Shown here in pieces: positions 12,091 through 24,700 of a DNA stretch of 64,000 bases; position 1 is the stretch's first letter; every line of letters starts with the position of its first letter. Origin of the DNA: Octopus vulgaris (taxonomy: Eukaryota); the NCBI GenBank assembly GCA_951406725.2, contig OX597824.1, positions 45,694,001 through 45,758,000 on the forward strand, in the 5' to 3' direction. The notes under the pieces are model-generated. The model did not search any database. It was not told the origin of the DNA and saw only the letters and a list, made by a program, of their open reading frames with translations. Made by a program: the position numbers and the translations under genes.

Positions 12091-12505
12091 GTGTTCCTTT
12101 TTATGTAGTGTCTTTTTGTTATTTTATTTTTATTTCTGTTCATTGTCAGCATCACCATGAATTATTTTCTATTTTTGCTAGTTCTTGTTCTAATTTTAGT
12201 AACTTTTATTGATTTTTATATTGGGAATAAGTGAATGTGTTATACAAAGAATTCCTCCTTTAAGATAGGTATCACTTTTCTGTTGGGTGTAGTTAGTTTA
12301 TAGATGCATTTGACTGTGTGTGTGTGTGTTGTGAGAAATAGAGTGAGAGAGAAAAAGAGAGAAATAAAATGATGACAACAATTATATATGCATATATATA
12401 TATATATATATATATTGCACTTTGGCATTGAAAGACTAATAACCTGATGTAGAACTCAATATATATATGATTCAGAATGAAGTTTTAGTGTAGTACAGAG
12501 CGGTA

Positions 12506-12839
12506 ATAAGTAAATGAGATAACAAAGGAATAAACAATTATCTTATGAACTTCATTAGCTTACAGCTGTTTTTGCTATAAGATGCAGTAGACTCACAGTT
12601 GAGTGTATGAGTAACACCTTATAGCTTCATCAGAACCTTGAATATGAAGTGCAATTTATTTGGGAAAAGAATTACATTTATGTAATTACAATTACAATCA
12701 TGTTCTAGGCACTGATGAAGCCAAATGCTATTACTCACATGCTCAACTATAAATCTACTGCATCTTATAGCAGATACAGATGTAAGCTAATGAAGTTCAT
12801 AAGATAATCATTCATTCTTTTGTCATCCCATTTTCTTAT
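12506..12839. mobile_element. Palindromic element with two inverted hammerhead-bearing arms (about 150 bp each)
   Basis: Arms are reverse complements. Plus arm: CTGATGA at 12712 ... GATAC AGATGT AAGC. Minus arm: CTGATGA at 12633-12627 ... AAAAC AGCTGT AAGC. Confidence 0.85.
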
Positions 12840-12851
12840 ATATATATATAT

Positions 12852-13036
12852 GAAAGATCACTAGCCACTACACATTCTTTATTTTCTCTCCCTGTTTCTT
12901 TCTGTGTTCCTTTCTGTGGAAGAGCATAAGCTCGAAATGTAAAAGACTTTTTCACTTTCTGAGCGTTATACTAATACATCTGTTTGTTGTCTACACCACC
13001 TGTCTTTGTCTTTTGTTTATTTTTTTTGTGAATTCT

Positions 13037-13040
<4 letters not shown>
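12852..13040 (+). mobile_element. Short pLTR-like repeat with a variant minimal hammerhead (12910-12945)
   Basis: CTTT-CTGTGGA-A-GAGC-ATAA-GCTC-GAAA-TGTA-AAAG. A homologous copy lies on the minus strand at 63665-63800. Confidence 0.7.
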
Positions 13041-13076
<36 letters not shown>

Positions 13077-13644
13077 CACTTTAGCATTGCAAGACTAATA
13101 ACTGAAATGGTTGGCATTTGCATGGGTATCCAGCTGTAAAAACCATGCCAAAACAGACACAGTAGCCTAGGATAGTCTTTTACCTGGCCAGCTCCTGTCA
13201 AACCGTCCAACCCATGCTGGCATGGATGGACTATGTTAAATGATGATAATGATGATTATGATGATGATAGATGTTGTTATGTCTGTATAGTTAAGGAGCT
13301 TGCTTTTTAATTATGTGATCTTGGGTTCAGTCCCACTGTGCAGTACATTGGCCAAATGTCTTCTCTCACACTGGGCCAATTGAAGCTTTATGAGTGGATT
13401 TGGTGGACAGATAGGGAAAGAAGTGTACAGGCTAAGGGACAACATGCTTGTGACCCTGAGATATTTGCTGTTAATATGGAAAGGTTTCCAGCATTGCAAT
13501 GGATTAAGAAGAGCATGCAAAACTTCTGAGTAGCTCCTGCAGTTCTGCATGGGGCAAAGCAACTCCCCTATTATCTAAACCACTGGTGTGTATGTATGCA
13601 TGTATGTATGTATGTATGCAAACATGTTTGTGTATGTATGAGTA

Positions 13645-13750
<106 letters not shown>

Positions 13751-14691
13751 GGTGTAAGTGTACATGTTTCTCTCTACTCCTGTCTTGAAACCACACAGTT
13801 GTAAATGTGCATCACCATTAGACAAAGAAATATTGTTCATCTCTAGTTTTCTGTTGAAAAGCATGTCTGGCTATGGGAAATATTACCATGTCTGGAAATA
13901 GGTGAGGGTTGTCAACAAAAGGGCAGGCATCCAGCTGTAGAAAATCTGCCTCAACAAATTCTATATGACTAACGAATGGTTGTTTATGATGATGATGATG
14001 ATGGTGGTGGTAGTGGTGGTTGTGGTGGTCATGGTAATGATGATACACATGCACACTTGAGCATGCATGCACACACACACACACGCAGAATAAGATTATC
14101 TGCAAGAATGCAAAATAATCAATTAGTTAACTTTCACATTCAGAAGTATCCGTCTATAAATGACCATTACCATTCACTTCAGGGAAGTGAGGAATAGGAA
14201 TTATGATGTTCAAGGGTTTCTCAAGGGAAATAAGTGAAATAGCTGATGCAATTGGGAACTAAGTTCAGATTGAAATCTCAGTTCATCAGACATATTCTAC
14301 ACTCACATATGCTTACATATACAAACATTCTCACAAACATATAAAGAACATGCATATAATGTGGGTAGGGTAAAACTCAAGCTGTGTCCTCTTGAAGCCC
14401 ATCTACTTACTCTAGTATTACAATCCAGTACATATTTACTTTCATTGTATTGATGTGAGTTACATATTTATCATCATCATCATCATCATCATCATCAACA
14501 CCTGAGTTGAAAATACTGGGAATATTGTTTGTAGAGTCATAGTATAATAAAAGAGGAAGTTGGAAAATTTCTTGCAATTATTTATTCATCATTACCTGTT
14601 TCATTTGTTACTAGGAACATATGCATATATAGACCCCCAAATACACATAAACATATCAATATATAGACTCGTACGTCTACAAACACATAAA

Positions 14692-14845
14692 AGGGTAAAG
14701 ACCCCCTTCGGTTATGAATTACCATGGTATTGCACCGAGAAAATTACCCTCTGAGGCATAAGTCCAGTCAAAGTTGTTTATGGGAGACCAGTAGTCACCC
14801 ATGCATATCAACCTCCCCTCTCCATGCCATGAATGTTATCCAAGT
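14692..14845 (-). mobile_element. SINE 3' portion (cephalopod repeat, recalled)
   Basis: GGTAAAGACCCCCTTCGGTTATGAATTACCATGG...ACCTCCCCTCTCCATGCC. Recognised from memory only; single copy in this window. Confidence 0.5.
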
Positions 14846-15124
14846 ATGGAGATGAGACAGAAGAAGAGGATTATGATGTCAGTTGTCAAGGGGCTGACTG
14901 GAAGAGGAAGTGTGAAAGGGGATGTGGGAGGAGAGAGGTGAGCATTGGCCTCTTTTTGTCCACCAGAGGCATTGTGAACAGATGCTAGGGAATTTGCTCT
15001 CAGGTTGGTCAGATAGCTGCTGCTTATACTGGGTGACAGGGGTAGGGCAGGATCATCTAGATTACTGCTAGACAGACATCGATGAAAGGAAGGTAGGTGA
15101 ACAGGGTCAAGCAGGTTTACCGAT

Positions 15125-16095
15125 ACTTGGAAAAGACAGGCCTATATGTAGACAAAAAATACTGTTCTCATATTTTCTATTAAGAAATTAGCCGTTAGAA
15201 TTTCCAGGCGTTCGGTTAAACAGAGATCACACCATCTGTTGGTAGAGTTGTAAGATGTTGTTTTTTTGTCCTTAAGCTCCCAGATATAGCTACTAAGCCC
15301 TGTTGAATTTGCCTCCTATTTGCTATTTCTGAAGCTAGATTGGTGAGTGTTGTACCATAGTATCATTTGGTTTTTTGTGGTTCCTATATAGGATGTTATA
15401 TGGCTATTTGTGTGTACACCACATTGGTAAAATATGTTTTTAGTCCTACATCTATTAGAGAATTGGTACTTACTTCTATCCCTGGAGCCACATAAATTAT
15501 TAGGTATATCTGTGTTCGTGTTGTGTTGTGGTGGGGTATTACTACTCTGGTCTTGGCCTGTGTTACTAGGAGGCACTTCATTAGTGGTAGGATTTGTTCT
15601 ATTAGTCTGTTGGTTGTTAGATTTATTGTTCCTAATTTTCCTAGCTTCATAGAATGTGTCTAGTTTTTTATTATTAATTGAGGCTATGATGGTAGCTAGG
15701 TTACTAGTGAGGCTGTGGCCTACTCTAATTTTATTCCTAAATGTTGCTGCATATTTATTATTTACACTTAAGTGTTTATCTATCAGTTTCATTAATGAGC
15801 GAACTATGTTGGATTTGAGGTGCAAGGCGAAAGGGATTATGAGCCAGATCTTATCACTATTACGTTTATGGTTAGTATTGCTATGCCTGGTATAGAAACT
15901 ACCCTCATTATTTGTAAGGCATGTGAAATTATAGTTATGGCTATCAAGTTTATTCCTATTGTTGGGTTTATCTTTACTATTGCTCCTGTCTGTTTTATTG
16001 GGGTTATTTCTGTATGGTTTATGTGGACTAAATGTATATATCAGTGTGTCTGGGGAGAGCCATTCTCTTTTAGTGCCTTATTATACTGGTAATTT
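15125..16095 (-). mobile_element. Penelope-like element relic with Naiad-type thumb/linker and GIY-YIG
   Basis: KSNIVRSLMKLIDKH..NKY..FRNKIRV.HS.TSNLATIIASIN, then NIFYQC..SYIGTT..WYNTHQSSF. After a stop: NSTGLSSYIWELK..YNSTNRWCDLCLTERLEIL. Confidence 0.85.
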
Positions 16096-16337
16096 TAAAG
16101 CTTTCTCTGTTGGATTGCTACTTTTGATACCAAAATCCACTGTACTACCTAAAGCCTATGAGCAAGAGTTCACCATTGACCAATAAATTGCCAAAGAAAT
16201 TTGCAGTGTGAAATATCTTTTCTTTGAATCAACTTCTATTCAAACAACACTAAAGAAAAACGAAATTAAAACTGAAAATATATAAAAAGAAAAAAGAAAC
16301 AACACAAAGTTAAATATCTCTTTTTTCCTTTCTAAAC

Positions 16338-16451
16338 ACATACACACACACACACACACATACATACATACATACATACATACATGTATGTATGTATGTA
16401 TATATGTATATATATATATATGTATGTATGTATGTATGCATGTATGTATGC

Positions 16452-16544
<93 letters not shown>

Positions 16545-16596
16545 CAGACAGATAGATAGATACATGCATGCATACATACATACATACATACATACA

Positions 16597-16630
<34 letters not shown>

Positions 16631-16648
16631 GGTATGTATGCATGTATG

Positions 16649-16705
<57 letters not shown>
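16338..16705. repeat. Compound microsatellite (CA/TACA/TATG/TA/GATA/TC)
   Basis: Seen directly. Confidence 0.97.
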
Positions 16706-16711
<6 letters not shown>

Positions 16712-17102
16712 TCTTCTGGCAAATAAAATGCAATTCAATTGAACATACCAAAAACATTCAGCAATTTTATTTTACTGTGAAATCTAACTGAAGTTTGAAA
16801 AGTAAATGATGGAATTAGGAAAAACACAAAAAACAACAAACAAATTAATCTATCAGATTGAATGCAATTGTATTTTTTGTGTGTAAATTTTGATTTATTT
16901 TCGTATTCTTGACTATTTAGTGGCATGTTCTTAAGTTTTTTTCCTCCAGCAATTACTTTCCAATGTCAGAAATACTTAAAATTTTCTATCAGTCAGTCAA
17001 CTCTTTTATACTCTTTTTAGCTTTAATGTTATATATGACTATAACTTGTTTGTCTGTTTCTTTCTTTTAATCTTTTGAAAGCAATATATGTGTGTGCACA
17101 CA

Positions 17103-17186
<84 letters not shown>

Positions 17187-17204
17187 CGTATGTGTGTGTG
17201 TGTG

Positions 17205-17669
17205 TCCTTTTACTTGTTTCAGGCATTATACTGTGGCCATGATGGGATACAACATTTAAGAATTTTTAGCTGAATGAATCAGTCTCCATATTTATTTTTC
17301 TTAAACCTGGTACTTATTCTATTGGCAAGCCACAGAGACATAAACACACTAACACCAGTTATCAAGTGGTGGAAGGGGACAAGCATAGACAATCACACAC
17401 ACACATATATATGTAAGTATGAATATATATATGTATGTATGTGTGTATATATATATATGTGTGTGTATATATATATATACACTACAGGATATGTTAGTAG
17501 AAAGTGCCGAGATGATAGTAACATTGATCATCAAAGCAGTCTATCATGGACCAATAGCCGGATTATTACCTCCCAAGCCTATCATAGAAGACACTTGCCC
17601 ATGGTACCACATAATGGGATTCAGCCCAGAACCATGTGGTTGGAAAGCAAACTTCTACATAGCCATGCC

Positions 17670-17670
<1 letters not shown>
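17205..17670 (-). mobile_element. Family S1 SINE
   Basis: Starts with CTTTTACTTGTTTCAG (tail, reverse complement), has an internal TA/GT tract, and ends with AACCATGTGGTTGGAAAGCAAACTTC..ACATAGCCATGCC (head, reverse complement). Confidence 0.8.
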
Positions 17671-17701
<31 letters not shown>

Positions 17702-17757
17702 TGTATGTATGTATGTATGTATGTATGTATGTATGTATGTATGTATGTATGTATTTA

Positions 17758-18545
17758 TGAATATGTACAGATTAGTCTGTTTTGTTTTATGCATGTTTTC
17801 TCATGCATATAGTTGCTTATCTAGACATGCTCATATATATTTAAATGATAAACTTCTGGAAAGTTTTACAAATTTTCACAGTTCCAGTGATGGATTGGAT
17901 TTGTAGTCTTCAAATTAACTTTCTCCTTTCTAGTTTTGAGAAGCCTAATTTCTCAAGGCTGGTATTTAGGTAGTGTGTTACATATCCCAGGGCCCCAATA
18001 ATTAGAGGTAATCTGAACTTGTAATCTGGATAGAGTAACTGAATATTTTTCAATAGTTCAGTGTAGATATTCTCTTTTTTACTGATCATCAGCTTTATGT
18101 TAACATCCACAACTGCACATAGTTTCTCCTCTCTATCACAAGTCACTATATCAGGTCTGTTGTGCTTACATTTTATTGAGGTCTTCAATAAGACATTCCA
18201 CCTGTACTCCTTTTTATTATGAGTGGCTATGGCTTCTACCACATTGTAGGTTCTTATTTCTTTGTCCTTGGGATTGTCCTTCCAATGGATTTCATTATAG
18301 AGAATCCTAGCAACAATATCATGTCCTTTCGATAGATAATACTATGGTGGCATTTTCAGACAACTGCTTATGAAGTGGGTGATATCTTTGGTGTAAACTC
18401 CACAAAGTCTGCATTGGTTGTCACATAGATATGACATTAATACAGATTTAAGACCACAGCCACCATCCTCACATGGGAAATATAGTCTGCCTACATCTCC
18501 ATTGATGTTGAAGTTTCCTTCCTGTAACACTGAGCAGCTTGTGAG
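17758..18545 (-). mobile_element. R4/Dong-type LINE 3' fragment with restriction-like endonuclease
   Basis: GNFNINGDVGRLY..GGCGLKS, CRLCGVYTKDITHFISSC (CCHC), KHNRPDIV..VVDV, IIGALG and SITGTVKICKTF*. The 3' end abuts (TACA)n. Confidence 0.88.
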
Positions 18546-18777
18546 TTTGAGCATCTTTCTTATTGACTTCTTGCAGTGACCAGTTCAGAAGGCATGAGGA
18601 CAAGTACTGCAAAGGTGTTGTGGGTAATATGCATCTTGTATGTATGTATTCATGTATGTATATATATGTCTGTTGGATGTGTGTATATAAAGAAATATAT
18701 ATATGTGAAAGAATTTTTTGCACAATGAGATAAAAAACCAAGGCTGTGTAGATATTATAACATTTATAGATAGAAGG

Positions 18778-18827
18778 TCTTTCAGCTGTTTCCAGGATAT
18801 TTATTAATTATAGCCCTTCGTCAAAGA
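18778..18827 (-). ncRNA. Degenerate minimal hammerhead
   Basis: Minus strand reads TCT-TTGACGA-AGGGCTAT-loop-ATATCCT-G-GAAAC-AGCT-GAA-AGA. Confidence 0.6.
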
Positions 18828-19000
18828 TGGTGTGAAAGGATGGTTAAGTAGTAGTTAATTTAGATAGGATACAAAATAGAGATTGAGGTGGAGGAAACAA
18901 AATAGATGTGAGATATGTAGGGATATTGACGTTGTAGATCCATTTTTTAGGCAGAATGGTATATATGTAAGATTCCAATACCTTATGAGTAAAATCCAAT

Positions 19001-19212
<212 letters not shown>

Positions 19213-19336
19213 CAACGATTGAGGAATGGCCTTAATAGGCCATTCGACCCACTAGAAAGAGCAGCCAGTACTCAAACCGACAAGTAATAGTAATTCAGAA
19301 ACTAAAGGAAAATTTAAAAACATCTACCCTAATTCA

Positions 19337-19435
19337 TCTTTAGACAATGCATTGTTTCGGTGTTTTTAATGGCAAACCAGCTTAATTAAATTAAATTAAG
19401 TCAATCAACCAAAGGCTACACCTCATCGGTAAAGA
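19337..19435 (-). ncRNA. Near-intact type I hammerhead ribozyme
   Basis: Minus strand reads TCTTTA-CCGATGA-GGTGT-(54 nt)-ACACC-GAAAC-AATGCATT-GTC-TAAAGA. Helix I is 6 bp, helix II 5 bp, helix III palindromic, with a GUC cleavage triplet. Confidence 0.8.
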
Positions 19436-19622
19436 GGCCAGGAGAGACGGATATACACGAGGCATCTGTATCTATGCCCTAGGAATATCTGCCCTAAAAT
19501 TTTCAAAACCATCGTACTCGCGCCAACTTATCAGCAGTAAATATAAACTGCTGATTCAATTTCAGAATTAGTCAGAAAATCATCAATTAATCAATATAGG
19601 GTACCCTATATTGATTAATTGA

Positions 19623-19662
<40 letters not shown>

Positions 19663-19665
<3 letters not shown>

Positions 19666-20837
19666 GGGTTGATCATAAGATCCTTTTGAGAAAGCTGTCC
19701 AATATTGGTGTCACTGGAAAGCTGCTGCAGTGGATCAAGTGCTTCCTGTCTAACAGAACCCAACATGTTGTAGTCGAAGGAGTCAAATCCAGCCCAGCTA
19801 AAGTCAGTAGTGGTGTCCCATAAGGCACTGTGTTGGGCCCACTTCTCTTCATCATCTACATTAATGACATCACTGACATCATCAAACACAGTAACATCAG
19901 AATCTTTGCTGATGATTCCAAGCTCCAGAAGGTCATCAGTGGCGTGGATGACCGGATAGATCTTCAGTCAGACCTACTGGCTGTTGTCCAATGGGCGCAA
20001 AAGAACAACATGTTGTTAAACGAAGACAAATTCGAATTGATCCACTTTGAAACTCCCATACTCCCTTCTTTCTGGTGAAACTCTGATGGCGTCTAACAAC
20101 ATCAGAGACTTGGGAGTAAATGTGGACAACATAAGCTGGGCTACACATATAAGCAGCAAAGTTGACATGGCCCGCAGAATATGTTCCTGGATTCTCAGAA
20201 CCTTCCAGTCGAGAGATTCCCACACCATTATCCTTCTCTTCTCCACTTTTGCCCGACCTCACCTTGAATACTGCTGTCCACTGTAGTCTCCCTGCATGAA
20301 ACGGAATATTATGAAAGTTGAAGCTCCCCAAAGGTCAATCACGAAAAAGATAGATGGCATGTCAGACCTTGACTACTGGGATCGACTGGAAAAGCTGAAA
20401 CTGTGAATGCTACATTATCTGTATGATGTGGAAAATATTCCATCAGCACTGTCCAAATGATGTTGGTATCACCTTCAAAATACATCCAAGACTTGGACCC
20501 CGTGCCATCCATCCACAACAAAAATCTCAATCGCATCTCATAACAACATTGCGGCACAATTATTTCACCTCAATTGGACCCGCTCTCTTCAACATTACAC
20601 CAGGACACGTCAAAACAGAAACTGACCACACAAAATTCAAGAAGATTTTGGACAAATTCCTTCAAACAGACCCGGACAAACCACCCACACCTGGATACGT
20701 CTCCGCAAACAATAACTCTCTGCTCGAATGGGCCTTGGTGCCCAAATCCTGAATCAAAAGACTTCACCAGGTGGTGCTATTAAGTTAGACATGGCCTGGG
20801 CCAATACTGGCCAAAACCTTTCTAAGTTATTCAAGTT

Positions 20838-20838
<1 letters not shown>
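19663..20838 (+). mobile_element. CR1-clade LINE, 5'-truncated RT pseudogene with 3' UTR
   Basis: DRVDHKILLRKL, SGVP*GTVLGPLLFIIYIND, IFADDSKL, RDLGV and RPHLEYCCPL. Flanked by (TA)n on both sides. Confidence 0.93.
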
Positions 20839-20892
<54 letters not shown>

Positions 20893-20895
<3 letters not shown>

Positions 20896-21277
20896 GAAGC
20901 ACTCCGTCGGGAACGACGATGAGGGTTCCGGTTGATCCAAATCAACGGAACAGCCTGCTCATGAAATTAACGTGTAAGTGGCTGAGCACTCCACAGACAC
21001 ATGCACCCTTAACGTAGTTCTCAGGGATATTCAGCGTGACACAGAGAGTGACAAGGCCGGCCCCTTGAAATACAGGTACAACAGAAACAGAAAGTAAGAG
21101 TGAGAGAAAGTTGTGGTGACAGAGTACAGCAGGGATCACCACCATCCCCTGCCGGAGCCTCGTGGAGCTTTTAGGTGTTTTCGCTCAATAAACACTCACA
21201 ACGCCCGGTCTGGGAATCGAAACCGCGATCCTATGACCGCGAGTCTGCTGCCCTAACCACTGGGCCATTGCGCCTCC
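20893..21277 (-). mobile_element. Full-length young tRNA-derived SINE (family S3)
   Basis: Minus strand begins GGAGGCGCAATGGCCCAGTGGTTAGGGC (A-box) ... GGTTTCGATTCCC (B-box). Related copies at 31195 and 42155. Confidence 0.9.
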
Positions 21278-22331
21278 GTTCGCCAGCCTCATCTGGCACC
21301 TGTGTCGGTGGCACATAAAAACACCATCCGAAGACCCGGCAATACTAGTCAGGCCATAACCCGTGGTCCCTACATGGGACGTAGTCAGTCCACCTGTGCA
21401 TACCTTCCTTCTTGTGACACTTGTGAAGACCTATTGAGGCAAGTGAAAATCAAATCAAAACAAATCAAAATAGATGAACATCAATGGAATTTGTATCTTT
21501 GTGGTACCAGTGCCGGTGGCACACAAGAAAACCATCCGAACGTGGCCGTAGCCAGTACTGCATTGACTGGCCTCCGTGCTGTGGGCACGTAACAAACACC
21601 ATCCGATCGTGGCCGTTCGCCAGCCTCATCTGGCACCTGTGTCGGTGGCACATAAAAACACCATCCGAAGACCCGGCAAGACTAGTCAGGCCATAACCCG
21701 TGGCCCCTACCTGGGACGTAGTCAGTCCACCTGTGCATACCTTCCTTCTTGTGACACTTGTGAAGACCTGTTGAGGCAAGTGAAAATCAAAATCAAAATC
21801 AAAATCAAAATCAAATCAAATCAAATCAAAACAAATCAAAATAGATGAACATCAATGGAATTTGTATCCTTGTGGTACCAGTGCCGGTGGCACACAAGAA
21901 AACCATCCGAACGTGGCCGTAGCCAGTACCGCATCGACTGGCTTCCGTGCTGTGGGCACGTAACAAACACCATCCGATCGTGGCCGTTCGCCAGCCTCAT
22001 CAGGCACCTGTGTCGGTGGCACATAAAAACACCATCCGAGCGTGGCCGTCTGCCAGCCTCGTCTGGCACCTGTGTCGGTGGCATATAAAAAAAAAAACAC
22101 CATCCGAGCGTGGCCGTTCGCCAGCCTCATCTGGCACCTGTGTCGGTGGCACATAAAATCACCCATTACACTCTCGGAGTGGTTGGCGTTAGGAAGGGCA
22201 TCCAGCTGTAGAAACACTGCCAGATCTGACTGGCCTGGTGCAGCCTTCGGGCTCCCCAGACCCCAGTTGAACCGTCCAACCCATGCTAGCATGGAAAGCG
22301 GACGTTAAATGATGATGATGATGATGATGAT
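21278..22331 (+). mobile_element. RTE-LINE-derived 3' end with about 60-bp tandem units, an about 340-bp tandem duplication and a (GAT)n tail
   Basis: 21278-21617 is repeated at about 21617-21990. Units read GCCAGCCTCATCTGGCACCTGTGTCGGTGGCACATAAAAACACC. The tail GGCGTTAGGAAGGGCATCCAGCTG..CCCATGCTAGCATGG..(GAT)n is shared with the RTE at 50715-51330. Confidence 0.8.
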
Positions 22332-22629
22332 GTATGTATGTATATATGTATGTATGTAAGTATGCATATATGTATGTATAAACACGCACACAATTATATA
22401 TGTTTAGATATAGTCTGTGTGTTTGTCTCAGCCTAACTTGACATTGTGTGATTGTTACAAATGAATGTCAGTCATTTCTAATATTCTGCAAAAACGCACC
22501 TGGCATTGGGAAAATATATTACCTTGCTTGGAAAGAGGTAAGGGTTGCTGACAGGGTGAACATCAAATCATAGAAAATCTGCTTCAATAAACTCTGTCAG
22601 AACCATGCAAATATGGAAAAATGAATGTT

Positions 22630-22668
22630 AAAGTGATGACAATGATGATGATAATGATGATAATGATA

Positions 22669-22731
<63 letters not shown>

Positions 22732-22812
22732 ACGACGATGACGATGACGATGATGATGATGATGACGATGATGAAGACGATGATGATTACGATGTCAACA
22801 ACGACGACAACA

Positions 22813-22854
<42 letters not shown>

Positions 22855-22899
22855 CTGACGATGACAATAATAGTGATTACAACAACGATGATGACGATA

Positions 22900-22965
<66 letters not shown>
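22630..22965. repeat. Imperfect (GAT)n microsatellite
   Basis: Seen directly. Confidence 0.97.
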
Positions 22966-23109
22966 TATCACCTATGATTATAGTGCCAGTTGTTAATGCC
23001 ATTTTATTGCTGGTGACAATCATATGAAGAACGTTATGTCTGTTCCTCAGATTTTATTGCTAAACTTTTACTTGTTTATATTTTTTTTATGTATTTACTT
23101 ATTTATTTA

Positions 23110-23150
<41 letters not shown>

Positions 23151-23677
23151 TCTCATTGATATCAGGTCTACAGTGATCAAAAACTACTTTGACCTCGACA
23201 TCAGGTGTCTGGGTTTGGCTACAGTGAACTGTCTATGTATTGAATGTTGCTATTATATACTTATTTCTAATTCTACAGCTTCTTCTTTGACCATTCTTTG
23301 AGTTTCAGAGAAGAACTGAATCACTGAGAATTGTCAGCAATTATGACTAACAGAAGATTCACCTTCCTTTTTGCTCCAGTTTTCTTAACTGACAAGGACA
23401 GGTTCTACTCCTTGAATTAATGGTTAAATATAAGAAGAGCAGCCAGATACAGAAACGTTGCTCTGTTGCTCTCTTTTACTGATTTCAGACATTGGAGGGC
23501 TAATTCAGCAAAATTTCTTTTCATGTTGAATAACAGGGAAGAAAACAATGGAAGTAAAAAATAGAATATACATATATCTATGCTGCATGCTGGATGTTTG
23601 TGTCTGGGTGGTGGTAGTAGTGTATGTGTGGGCATGTGTTATATGTATATGTACATACATAATATATATATGTATAT

Positions 23678-23839
23678 AGGCACAGGAGTGGCTGTGTGGT
23701 AAGAAGCTTGCTTCCCAGCCACATAGTTCCGGGTTCAGTCCCGCTGCATGACACCTTGGGTAAATGTCTTCTACTTTAACATCGGGCTGACTAAAGCTTT
23801 GTGAGTGGATCTGGTAGATGGAAACTGAAAAGAAGCCTG

Positions 23840-23887
<48 letters not shown>

Positions 23888-24056
23888 ATATGTATGTATT
23901 TGTGTGTCTATGTTTTCCCGTAACTTAGCGGTTTGGCAAAAGAGAGTGGTAGAATAAGTATTAGGCTTACAAAGAATAAGTCCTGGGGTTGATTTATTTC
24001 ACTAAAGGTGGTACTCCAACATGACCACAGTCAAATAAATGAAACAAGTAAAAGAA
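23678..24056 (+). mobile_element. Full-length family S1 tRNA-SINE
   Basis: GGCACAGGAGTGGCTGTGTGGTAAG (A-box), GGGTTCAGTCCC (B-box), internal (TA)n and tail GAAACAAGTAAAAGA. Confidence 0.9.
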
Positions 24057-24097
24057 ATTAAAAAAAGAGAAGATATGTATTTGTATACATATATGTG

Positions 24098-24155
<58 letters not shown>

Positions 24156-24430
24156 CCCAGTCAAACCATCCAACCCATGCCAGCATGGAAAGCAGACGTT
24201 AAACGATGATGATGACGATGAAATACACACACACACACACATGCATATATATATATATATAGTATAAGCAGTTAGGGTAAACCCCAGCTGTTTCTCCTTG
24301 AAGCACATCTGTTCATTTCTATTATTACAATCAATAGTATCCATACTTGCTGCTGTATGTTAGTTAAAATACATATCAAAATTGAGAATTATTGAAATAT
24401 TATTAGCAGAGTTATTGAATAACAAAACAG

Positions 24431-24700
24431 GAAAATGGAAATAATTTGGTATTATTTATTCTCCACTAAACATGTTCCATTTGCCAATAGGAATTACAAA
24501 GATTTACATGTCTAGATAACATGTAAGAAATTTCCTGTTAGAAATTCATCACACAGAGAAAAACATTATAAAAAAATTTTCTGTCTGACGAATTTTTAAA
24601 TTCCTTACATGTGTATCTAACATGTAAATCTTTGTAATTCCTGTTAGCAAATAAAGCGTGTCTAATGGAGAACAAACAATACCATAAAATTCCACATTTC
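24431..24700. mobile_element. Palindromic element with two inverted hammerhead-bearing arms (about 130 bp each)
   Basis: Arms are reverse complements. Plus arm: CTGACGA at 24585 ... TTCCTGTTAGCAAAT-AAAGC-GT-GTC. Minus arm: GTGATGA-ATTTCTAACAGGAA ... GGAAC-AT-GTT. Confidence 0.8.

Noticed and set aside
21205-21277. Functional tRNA gene
   Set aside because: A and B boxes are present, but there is no closed acceptor stem and the sequence continues into a SINE body.
22621-22977. Poly-Met ORF and similar poly-HT, CV, YI and Y ORFs throughout the window
   Set aside because: Microsatellite artefacts.
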